Source of the DNA: Elusimicrobiota bacterium
GTDB lineage: Bacteria; Elusimicrobiota; Elusimicrobia; FEN-1173
DNA length: 64,000 nt
Reading direction: 5' to 3'
NCBI GenBank assembly: GCA_016715645.1
Contig: JADJZR010000007.1
Location: 116,221-180,220, forward strand
Shown one piece after another: positions 25,698-33,071 of the stretch. The translations under genes and the position numbers were made by a program. Below the pieces are notes generated by a model. It made no database searches. It saw only the letters and a program-made list of their open reading frames with translations, and was not told the DNA's origin. How positions within the stretch are numbered: position 1 is the first letter of the stretch; every line of letters begins with the position of its first letter.

Positions 25698-26049
25698 TCA
25701 CCTCCCCCACAAGCCTACACCCTCTTTTTACCCAAATGCCCGAAATCTAAACCAACCTAAATCCAATCACACCCTCAACTTCAAAAACAGAGTTCCCCCA
25801 GAATTCAACCCCAACTCCCCTTGTCTCCTTTGCGTTCCCACCCGCCTCTTTTGATGGTTACGGTACACTTGAGTTTGTTCCTGTCCTGTCGCGTCAAAAC
25901 GGGACAAATGGGAAGGCAAAGCGGGACACCCCGGACGAGCCTAAAAAACAGCCCCGGACGTGCAATGGGTCCCGCCTTCCCGGTGGGCCCCTCAAGGGGT
26001 CGGCTCCAACCGCGGGAAGTGGGTGATGAGACTTTTTCAGAATAGCTGG

Positions 26050-26268
26050 CTAAATGGGTTTCGAGCCGCTCGCACCGCCAGGGGAACTTGACGACGGTCG
26101 CGCGTGGTAAGCCTTGCATCTCTCCCAGATATATTCGAAATAGACCCTCGGAAATTCACGCCGCAAATAGGTCGACACCATCTCCGTCAGGGTCGTTCCC
26201 CGCTTGTGAGCCTCTCGTTCCAATGGGTCATATAGCTCGTCAGCCAGGTGGACAACCAGCCGTTTCAT
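26050..26268 (-). CDS. Ribbon-helix-helix (CopG-like) small protein of IS copy 2
   Basis: An internal ATG of track ORF 26050..26583 gives the 72-aa protein MKRLVVHLADELYDPLEREAHKRGTTLTEMVSTYLRREF... The start overlaps the transposase stop. Confidence 0.55.
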   Translation of the reverse strand: MKRLVVHLADELYDPLEREAHKRGTTLTEMVSTYLRREFPRVYFEYIWERCKAYHARPSSSSPGGASGSKPI

Positions 26269-27575
26269 GGCCGCGTCTCCCTCTCCGGGGGCAAAGACCT
26301 CCGACGTGTCTGCGGCACAATAAAGTGCGCCAGCGTGCTCCCCCGCCAAATCACGGAAATCTCCGTGTGCGGCCGCCGTGGCCCCGTCGGCAGGCGCAGG
26401 GCCACCGTCACGGTCTGGCGGATGGGCGCGCCTTTGGGAATTCTCCATGTTTGACCACCGAATTCGATGCTCCCCGTCTTGTCCACCACACGCTCGTAAT
26501 GCAACGAGAAAACAAGATCCATCGGCGTTTTGGCCGGAATATCGTTCAAATAGGCCCGCCCGTCCTCCAAGGCTTTCTTCCATCGTTTATCCGGAATTTC
26601 TCCCGTCTCCGCATGCGGGTGTTTCTCGTTGTAGAACGCCACCTCCTCACGCAAGAGCTCGTTGGCTTTCGCCAGAGTCGTGATCTTGTATCGTTCGCAC
26701 AAATACGGAACTCTCGACTGAAAATACCCAAACCGTTTTTCAATTTTTCCCTTCGATTCTGGACGGCGGGGCCCCGCCAATTTCAACGTGATGTCCAAAC
26801 TCTTCAGTGCCCGCGAAAACTGCGTGTGACCTTCTGTCGACGGGGCAAAGATGCTGTGGTTGTCGGTGTAATAGGCCAACGGACATCCAAAGAGCTCCAC
26901 CGTCGATCGCACAGTTTGCAGGTGGTTCCAGGACGTGTCCTGCTCCACCAGAATCGCGCCCACTACCTTGCGACTGTGGTCGTCTTCCGTCATGATCAGC
27001 ACATCGTTTCGTTGGCGCGCCGGAACCCACCCGTGAATGGAACTGTCGTGCTGGAACAGCATCCCGATTCCGCCCATCTCGAAGAGAATGAACGGTTTTC
27101 GACACGTGTCCACCGCAGGGTCGTAATACCCCTGCGCGATCGCCCACCGCCTCAGCGTATCCCGCTGAAACCGCTTGCCAAACCGTTGTTCGCACTGTTG
27201 CGCCAGAAACGCAAAGTTGTAATGCCCACGAAACGGCTTCGGCGCTTCTGTCCGAATGTAGTTCAACTCCTCTTCCAAATACCCGCGCACCTCCGATGGT
27301 AACCGCCCCGCCCCGGTTTCTGGGCGTTGATACAACCACCCTTCCCTCGCACCCTCCCGCCACGTTTTGAGCCATCGGTCCTTCAGCACATACAACCGCG
27401 TTCGGCTGATCCCCAACCATTCCATCGCTTTGGCCGGCGGCATTTTCCTCAGTACGAACTGCTCCACGATGTTCCATACCGTCCGCCAGCTCATTCGCCG
27501 ATGCAACTGGTCCCGACTCCGATGGGTTTTCACTCCCTTGCGTATCCGTTTCTCGTCCATGGGCCCCTCCTTCAT
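26265..27575 (-). CDS. DDE transposase, integrase-core (rve) type with N-terminal HTH
   Basis: 436 aa with FQHDSS, YYTDNH and PESKGKIEKRF. Paralogue of 23742..25025. Confidence 0.85.
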   Translation of the reverse strand: MKEGPMDEKRIRKGVKTHRSRDQLHRRMSWRTVWNIVEQFVLRKMPPAKAMEWLGISRTRLYVLKDRWLKTWREGAREGWLYQRPETGAGRLPSEVRGYLEEELNYIRTEAPKPFRGHYNFAFLAQQCEQRFGKRFQRDTLRRWAIAQGYYDPAVDTCRKPFILFEMGGIGMLFQHDSSIHGWVPARQRNDVLIMTEDDHSRKVVGAILVEQDTSWNHLQTVRSTVELFGCPLAYYTDNHSIFAPSTEGHTQFSRALKSLDITLKLAGPRRPESKGKIEKRFGYFQSRVPYLCERYKITTLAKANELLREEVAFYNEKHPHAETGEIPDKRWKKALEDGRAYLNDIPAKTPMDLVFSLHYERVVDKTGSIEFGGQTWRIPKGAPIRQTVTVALRLPTGPRRPHTEISVIWRGSTLAHFIVPQTRRRSLPPERETRP

Positions 27576-28050
27576 TTTTTAACTCGGGGCGCATTCTCTC
27601 ACCTTCTCGGTGCGCACGTCCATCTCTTTTGTTTTTGCAATCTTCATTGCGACCAGGGACATCCTCAATCCCCTTTGTTTTTGCAATCACGCCAAGAGAT
27701 TCGATTCGACGCATCTTTTCGCTGTGAATCCATTCCAATCCCCTTGGTTTTGCAATCACGCCCCTTTTTTCCCGATTTCGCCTTCTTTGGTCTTCTCGGT
27801 TTCGCTCCACCGCGGCCGGGTGTTTGTTTCGCCACTCCCGCCAATACCCCGGATTCTTTTTGCGCCACGCCGCTCTCTTCTCCGCGCTCGCGCCTACGCT
27901 CAATGGATTTTTCTCTCGCCACAGGCGCCACAATTCAAGCGCCCTCGCTTTTCGGCAGGATTCCTTTGAACAGACTTTTTGTCGTCGATGGGATCGGCTA
28001 TACGGGGAGAACAGCTCGCCGCAGACGCGGCACGTCTTTCGTCTCTTCAT
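26740..28050 (-). CDS. Zinc-ribbon-like protein of IS copy 2; only the first ~150 codons (about 27600-28050) look genuine
   Basis: The N-terminus is homologous to 25296..25697. The frame has no stop until 26740 and therefore runs about 835 nt across the transposase gene. This could be stop loss, a frameshift, or a programmed fusion. Confidence 0.35.
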   Translation of the reverse strand: MKRRKTCRVCGELFSPYSRSHRRQKVCSKESCRKARALELWRLWREKNPLSVGASAEKRAAWRKKNPGYWREWRNKHPAAVERNREDQRRRNREKRGVIAKPRGLEWIHSEKMRRIESLGVIAKTKGIEDVPGRNEDCKNKRDGRAHREGERMRPELKNEGGAHGRETDTQGSENPSESGPVASANELADGMEHRGAVRTEENAAGQSDGMVGDQPNAVVCAEGPMAQNVAGGCEGRVVVSTPRNRGGAVTIGGARVFGRGVELHSDRSAEAVSWALQLCVSGATVRTTVWQAVSAGYAEAVGDRAGVLRPCGGHVSKTVHSLRDGRNRDAVPARQFHSRVGSGAPTKRCADHDGRRPQSQGSGRDSGGAGHVLEPPANCAIDGGALWMSVGLLHRQPQHLCPVDRRSHAVFAGTEEFGHHVEIGGAPPSRIEGKN

Positions 28051-28380
28051 GGGGGTTCACATCCCCATCAAGATTACAGCTTTATTTTATCGGGAACACC
28101 GGGGTAGAGAGGAACTTCCTTGACCCTTCTTTTGAAACCTTTCAGAAAGAACCTGTCAAAAATTTAGACCAGCGCTGAACCCTGTCCCGTTTTCAACGCG
28201 ACAGGACAAGACGGATTACACAGTGTTTCAACCAGGTTCTTCAGGCGATTTGAGCACGATTTTGTGTTGGTAGCGGGGCCGGCACTGAGACTGAATCCGG
28301 GACGTGTGTGTTCCCGCAGGGAGGAAGGCTTTCTTGTATAATTTCTTCGTGGTCAAGTCGTTCACTCGGGGGGAGTATCC

Positions 28381-28677
28381 ATGGCCAACTCAATCAAAAA
28401 AAATCTGATCCCTTTTGCCGCGAAATACGTCTGGTGGAAATCTCCCGACGAAGCGATTGAATACCCAGAACGCGTGGTGGCCTATGTGCTGAATTCAGGG
28501 ACTTTTGAAGATGTTCAAAAAATTGTCGGCCTTATGGGCGAAGACTACTTGAGAGGGGTAGTGGAACGCGCGGAGGTTGGGTGGTTTAATGAAAGATCGT
28601 GGCACTACTGGCACTATCGGCTGGGGATGGCCAAACCAAACGAAGTCCCCGAAATGAAACGGCGGAGAGTCGCTTGA
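28381..28677 (+). CDS. Small protein, putative antitoxin partner of the AbiEii-type nucleotidyltransferase
   Basis: 98 aa. TATAAT at 28337-28342 and GGGGGGAG before the ATG. Its stop overlaps the TTG start of the next gene (TTGA at 28674-28677). The W-rich pattern YVWWKSPDEAIEYPERVV...GTFEDV...GEDYL is one I recall from small ORFs preceding AbiEii genes. Confidence 0.55.
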   Translation: MANSIKKNLIPFAAKYVWWKSPDEAIEYPERVVAYVLNSGTFEDVQKIVGLMGEDYLRGVVERAEVGWFNERSWHYWHYRLGMAKPNEVPEMKRRRVA

Positions 28678-29369
28678 TAAAAAGATTCAAACCTATTAAA
28701 CGCGTATTGCCGAAAGCCCAGTTGAGCCTCTGGCCTCAATTAAAACCCACAACGACTCTTGGCCTTGTGTTGTATGGCGGTACAGCCATCGCCCTTCGAC
28801 TTGGACATCGCTCGTCGGTTGATTTCGATTTCTTCACGAGCGCCCCTTTGGATAAAAAAGCGATTCGTGACCGCCTCCCAATAGTGAACCGGGGCGAAGT
28901 GACCCAAGAAGATCCAAACACGTTAAGCCTCCTTACTCATCCGGTTGGCCTCGAAAGCTCGAACGTAAAATTATCTTTTTTTGGCGGGCTTCGTCTGGGA
29001 CGCGTGGGAACACCGGAGAGAACGCAAGATGAGGTTCTCGATGTGGCCTCCTTGGACGACTTAATGGCAACGAAGTTGGTCGTTATTATGAACCGCATCG
29101 AATCAAAAGATTACCAGGACATTGCGGCCATGATTAGCGCCGGTGTGCGGTTGGATAAGGGGCTCGCGACCGCGACCTTAATGCACCCCCACGCTTTTCA
29201 ACCTCAAGAAAGCCTACGCGCGTTGACTTTTTTTGAGGGGGGAGATTTGAAAAAACTCTCTCGGTCCGAAAAAACGACCCTTATCGAAGCATCACGGAGT
29301 GTTCGAGACCTCCCACCCCTCCCACCCCTGACCCCCTATTTGGGGACTGAACCTCTTCTCTCTGAATAA
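28674..29369 (+). CDS. Nucleotidyltransferase AbiEii/AbiGii (DUF1814) toxin family protein
   Basis: LVLYGGTAIALRLGHRSSVDFDFFT is the family-typical GGTAL..R.S.D.DFF block. The true start is probably TTG 28674 (LIKRFKPIK) rather than the out-of-context ATG at 28599. Confidence 0.75.
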   Translation: MIKRFKPIKRVLPKAQLSLWPQLKPTTTLGLVLYGGTAIALRLGHRSSVDFDFFTSAPLDKKAIRDRLPIVNRGEVTQEDPNTLSLLTHPVGLESSNVKLSFFGGLRLGRVGTPERTQDEVLDVASLDDLMATKLVVIMNRIESKDYQDIAAMISAGVRLDKGLATATLMHPHAFQPQESLRALTFFEGGDLKKLSRSEKTTLIEASRSVRDLPPLPPLTPYLGTEPLLSE

Positions 29370-29614
29370 TAAGGGCCCGCGCAGAAATAAGTTGAACATC
29401 TGGCCGAGTTGATTTTGAGCCGAGCCGACGCGACGAGAGGCGAGCATACCGTGGGGTATGTAAGCCGAGCGACACAAAGGCGCAGGCCAAATGTTGAAGT
29501 TATTATTGAACGGCTCCTAAGGGCCTGTGACGACGTGACCGATGATCAACGCCAGCAAGGGCCCAAATCTTTGCAACAAGTTTGGAACGCGCTTCGTAGA
29601 AAGGGTGGGAAGAT

Positions 29615-31594
29615 TCACGGAGACATCCATTCCCAGGCACTGCGGTGTTCGCCGTGGGTTTGGACATAATCGAGGAACGCTTCGTAGAATTTGTGGCGGC
29701 CGATGGTGGCGGAATCGCCGACCACAATCAACAGACGACGCGCGCGGGTCATGGCCACGTTCATTCGGCGGGTGTCCGACAGAAAACCCACTTCTCCGGT
29801 TTCGTTCGACCGCACCAAAGATAAAAGAATAACCTCTTTCTCCCGGCCCTGGAACCCGTCCACGGTTCCCACCTCCAGTTTCGGGGGCACCGCGTGCCTT
29901 AACTTTCGCACCTGGGCCGCGTAGGGGCTGATCAACGCCGCCCAATGGGGTTTCACGCCCGCTTCAGCCAGTTCGTCCCATAACTTCAACACCAGGCGGG
30001 CTTCACCCTCGTTTTCCCGGCTGTCCAACAGCTCGTTCCACGTTTCCGAATAACCCGTCCCGGCGGTGTCGATAAAAATCAGCCGTGCGCCGGTCAAACC
30101 CGTCGGTGTCACGTGGGGGATGTCCAAAAGCGAATGATCTTTCACGGTGTCGTGGGCGATCAGTTGATTTTTATAAAACTGCGCCGACGAAAAACCCATA
30201 ATTTGTTCGTTCATCCGATACTGGACGCGCAACAGGGTTTGAAGTTGGTCCGGCAAAGTGGGCTGGAGCCGTTCCATCAGCGTGGTGCGAAGGCCACGGT
30301 CCCCGGCTTCTTGGGAATGGATCGTGGGCGGCAACTGCAACGGGTCCCCCGCCATCACCACTTTGCCCGCCAACAAAATCGGGATCCACGACAGGGGTTC
30401 CGTGGATTGGCTGGCTTCGTCCATGCACACCAAATCAAACCGTTCCGAGGCCAAGATCTGCCCGATCCCCCCATGGGTCGCCAGCACCACATCCGCTTGA
30501 TGAATGATCCGCTTTGAAATGGATTTTTCCATGGCCCGGGCTTCTTTCCAGAGGGCTTTGATTTCTTTCTTCAGCGCCTTGTCTTCTTCCATGGTCAATC
30601 GCCCGTGTTTGCGCAGACGTTGAACCGCCAGCCGTTCGCGATCTTGGTCCATGAGTCGAATCACTTTTTGGTCCGGATGTTCGTCCAGTTGGGCCATCAG
30701 GGTGGCGTGACGCAAATTCTCTAAAATCCTCGCCGGGTGGCCCAACCGGACCACGTTCAGGCCCGCGTCCAATAACTTTTCCAACATGTTATCCACCGCA
30801 ATGTTCGACGGCGCCGTGGCCAGCACGGATTTCCCTTGGGCCACCGTTTGGCGAATGATCTCGGCCAACACGGTGGTTTTGCCCGTCCCCGGCGGCCCAT
30901 GAACCAGCGCAATATCCCGTGCCGCCAAAGCCGACCGCACAGCCTGCCGTTGAAACTCGTTAAGCCGTTCGTTAAAAAACGGTCCTGACACCGACGAGGG
31001 GGGAGCAGCGTTTTCTGGGACGGTGACATTCAAGTCCCTCACCTGTCCCTTCGGGACATCCTCTCCCAAGGGGAGAGGAATGGCCTGGCCCAAGGCCGGG
31101 GGCCTGTTGCCGAGCAGGATGTCGCGCAGTTCGCCCAGCCGACCCTTTTCGCGCAAGGCAATGTCCAACGCCCGGCGCATGCGCTTGTAGGTGGCGTCGG
31201 ATCCCAGCAAATCAATCCGGCATTTTCCCGTGGGTTCTTCCAACAAATCGTCGTTAAGAGCCACGGTCACGCGGTAATCTTCCACGGAATATAACGTCCC
31301 GTCCCTGGAAAAGTCACCGTTCACAAACGTCACCCGCACCAGGTCGCCCTGGTCCATGGCATGAAACGGGGAGAGGGCTTCGCCCTGGGCTGGACGGGTG
31401 AGCACAAGAAGGGGCATGTTGCCCACGCCCACGTCCCGTTGCTCAATGGTCAGTCGGGTCACCGTTTTGCCCAACTGCTCGCGCATCTCAACGGGCCAAC
31501 GGTCCAGTTCCCGTTTGTTTTCCTCTTTTTCCGCCTCCCGCTCCATTTCGAGCAGGTCCATGAGGGTGTTAAAATGAAGATCGGGATCGATCAT
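29615..31594 (-). CDS. Superfamily 1B helicase, Upf1/IGHMBP2 (DNA2/NAM7)-like
   Basis: 659 aa. Walker A HGPPGTGKTT, motif II CMDEASQ, then VDGFQGREKEVILLSLVRSN and RRMNVAMTRAR. It has an N-terminal beta-barrel-like region as in IGHMBP2. Confidence 0.85.
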   Translation of the reverse strand: MIDPDLHFNTLMDLLEMEREAEKEENKRELDRWPVEMREQLGKTVTRLTIEQRDVGVGNMPLLVLTRPAQGEALSPFHAMDQGDLVRVTFVNGDFSRDGTLYSVEDYRVTVALNDDLLEEPTGKCRIDLLGSDATYKRMRRALDIALREKGRLGELRDILLGNRPPALGQAIPLPLGEDVPKGQVRDLNVTVPENAAPPSSVSGPFFNERLNEFQRQAVRSALAARDIALVHGPPGTGKTTVLAEIIRQTVAQGKSVLATAPSNIAVDNMLEKLLDAGLNVVRLGHPARILENLRHATLMAQLDEHPDQKVIRLMDQDRERLAVQRLRKHGRLTMEEDKALKKEIKALWKEARAMEKSISKRIIHQADVVLATHGGIGQILASERFDLVCMDEASQSTEPLSWIPILLAGKVVMAGDPLQLPPTIHSQEAGDRGLRTTLMERLQPTLPDQLQTLLRVQYRMNEQIMGFSSAQFYKNQLIAHDTVKDHSLLDIPHVTPTGLTGARLIFIDTAGTGYSETWNELLDSRENEGEARLVLKLWDELAEAGVKPHWAALISPYAAQVRKLRHAVPPKLEVGTVDGFQGREKEVILLSLVRSNETGEVGFLSDTRRMNVAMTRARRLLIVVGDSATIGRHKFYEAFLDYVQTHGEHRSAWEWMSP

Positions 31595-31872
31595 GGGGAA
31601 GGGCGATGGGTCGCATCAATGATTTTCAATGACTCGATCACAGACAGGTTATCGGTTGGCAGGCAAATAACTCTTTCCTTTCCGAAATCATTTTGGAGAG
31701 ACGTGAGCACTTCGTCGAGCCAGGAAGGACCGACGGCCAAAACCCCGCTGAAATCCAGTTCGACCTTCTCACGGGGCCCCGGACGGAGGGTGGACTTCAT
31801 GACAAGGGCCGCCTCTCGCCCGGCCGGGCGCGATGACAGAATTGTTCCGAATTTTTTAATTTGGATTTTCAT
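31591..31872 (-). CDS. STAS-like (DUF4325-type) small protein
   Basis: The internal ATG at 31872 gives the 93-aa protein MKIQIKKFGTILSSRPAGREAALVM...ELDFSGVLAVGPSWLDEVL. It has ATGA overlaps with both neighbours. Confidence 0.65.
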   Translation of the reverse strand: MKIQIKKFGTILSSRPAGREAALVMKSTLRPGPREKVELDFSGVLAVGPSWLDEVLTSLQNDFGKERVICLPTDNLSVIESLKIIDATHRPSP

Positions 31873-32654
31873 TTCAGACTCCACACGACCAGCGTAACGG
31901 TGCCCGGCCAGGGGGTGGTCGGCTTCTCTAAATAGGATCGGCATTCCGGCCCCAAAGGTCCGTAATCGACAAGGCCTTGCCCTGAACGGCAGGCAATACC
32001 GCACTGGGGATACAACGAGAGGGTTCCCCTGACAAACTTTAGACCATTTCCCCTATTTTCGGGGGCTCGGCCAGAAATAACCTGCTCAAACGCCACACGC
32101 AGAGCCTCTTGCTCGCCCACTATTTTCGGCAACACGCGCTCAATGGATCGGAATATTCCCTGCCCCCGGTCAGCAATGAGTGTCCATGCTTTTTTTCCGG
32201 TCACCTGGATTTCGAACCAACATCCCGGGCTGTCCCTCCACTTTCCAAGATTGTGGTCAAAACAGTTGTTCCCAATCTCTCCAACAGCCGAGATAAGCAA
32301 GGGAATTTCACGATCCGACAGACCCTCTTTTGATAGGGCTGAAATTCGGGCCAACCGGCCCAAAAACACATCCCGGGATTCGCACACCCATTGCGAGGGA
32401 CTTTGACCGGGAGGAGCGGCCGACGTCGCCCACCGGATGGCCGCATCGAATCGGGGAATCCCGGCGACGACATAGCGCGTCGTGGGCCCCCGGCCCACCA
32501 CCTCCAATTTTCCCGAAGAAAGCAAGGCGCGCAAATGGTAATGCACCGCCTGCGCGGTAACGCCCAGGTGACGAACCATCTCCACAGGCCGGACCCCCTC
32601 GGCGCACCGGGATCTGATCAGAGCCATGATTTTACGACGGGTGTCTGTTTTCAT
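31869..32654 (-). CDS. Winged-HTH + GHKL (SpoIIAB/RsbW-like) ATPase/kinase
   Basis: 261 aa. HTH segment VEMVRHLGVTAQAVHYHLRALLSSGKLEVV. N box EIGNNCFDHN, G1 ADRGQGI, G2 NRGNGLKFV. Confidence 0.65.
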   Translation of the reverse strand: MKTDTRRKIMALIRSRCAEGVRPVEMVRHLGVTAQAVHYHLRALLSSGKLEVVGRGPTTRYVVAGIPRFDAAIRWATSAAPPGQSPSQWVCESRDVFLGRLARISALSKEGLSDREIPLLISAVGEIGNNCFDHNLGKWRDSPGCWFEIQVTGKKAWTLIADRGQGIFRSIERVLPKIVGEQEALRVAFEQVISGRAPENRGNGLKFVRGTLSLYPQCGIACRSGQGLVDYGPLGPECRSYLEKPTTPWPGTVTLVVWSLK

Positions 32655-32658
32655 ATTT

Positions 32659-32672
32659 TATAGTTTACTATA
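32659..32672. promoter_or_regulatory. Palindrome TATAGT-TT-ACTATA in the AT-rich leader of the GHKL/STAS/helicase operon (candidate operator)
   Basis: tatagtttactata is a perfect 6-2-6 inverted repeat starting 5 nt upstream of the start codon at 32654. It sits inside a roughly 50-nt AT-rich gap. Confidence 0.3.
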
Positions 32673-32714
32673 AATTATAAACAATAATACAACGTCGAGA
32701 ACGGATTCCCATTA

Positions 32715-33071
32715 TCAGGGCCGTTGGATTTGAATACCGGCCCAGGCCAGGCCGGGAAGAGCGCGCTTTTTGACAAGGACCGTCACTGAATTTAAACCGT
32801 AAGCGCCCAGCAACAGGTCGGCGGCTTGTTCGGCCACGGCTTCCGCCAGTTTAAATGTGCGGGGTTCCAACGTGTTTTTAAGTAACGAGCACGCCGCGGC
32901 GTAATCCACGGTGGCATCCAAGGAATCGGTTCGGCCCGCTTCGTTCAGCGGCAAATGCAGAGCCGCGTCCATTTCAATTCGTTGGGCAAAGGCCCGCTCG
33001 GCGTCGGTGCATCCCACTTTCAGCCACAGTTCAAGGCCGGACAAAATAATTTGGTCGGTTGGTTGAGTCAC
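32715..33071 (-). CDS. folB: Dihydroneopterin aldolase
   Basis: 118 aa. ILSGLELWLKVGCTDAERAFAQRIEMDAAL...TVDYAAACSLLKNTLE...FKLAEAVAEQ fits the FolB pattern. Confidence 0.75.
   Translation of the reverse strand: MTQPTDQIILSGLELWLKVGCTDAERAFAQRIEMDAALHLPLNEAGRTDSLDATVDYAAACSLLKNTLEPRTFKLAEAVAEQAADLLLGAYGLNSVTVLVKKRALPGLAWAGIQIQRP

Larger units (their letters stand above)
23548..25867 (-). mobile_element. IS element copy 1 (rve/DDE transposase + RHH + zinc-ribbon ORFs); approximate boundaries
   Basis: The low-coordinate end, cttgagtttgttcctgt (23548-23564), is identical to the start of copy 2 at 25868. The subterminal imperfect inverted repeat 23565-23605 pairs with 25827-25866 (ccttttgcgttccc..ttttgatgttacgg / cctttgcgttccc..ttttgatggttacgg). 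The ~190-bp non-coding left arm is homologous to that of copy 2. Confidence 0.65.
25868..28214 (-). mobile_element. IS element copy 2 (zinc-ribbon + rve transposase + RHH), abutting copy 1; approximate boundaries
   Basis: Left end cttgagtttgttcctgtcctgtcgcgtcaaaacgggaca (25868-25906). The inverted partner tgtcccgttttcaacgcgacaggaca lies at 28183-28208 (13 + 11 matching nt around a 1-nt indel). Confidence 0.65.

Noticed and set aside
24927-27302. Long plus-strand ORFs (24927..25760, 26088..27302) and 27327..28178 inside the IS copies
   Set aside because: They are antisense to the conserved transposase and zinc-ribbon genes. Their P/R/S-rich translations have no motifs and are not conserved between the two IS copies in the way the minus-strand products are.
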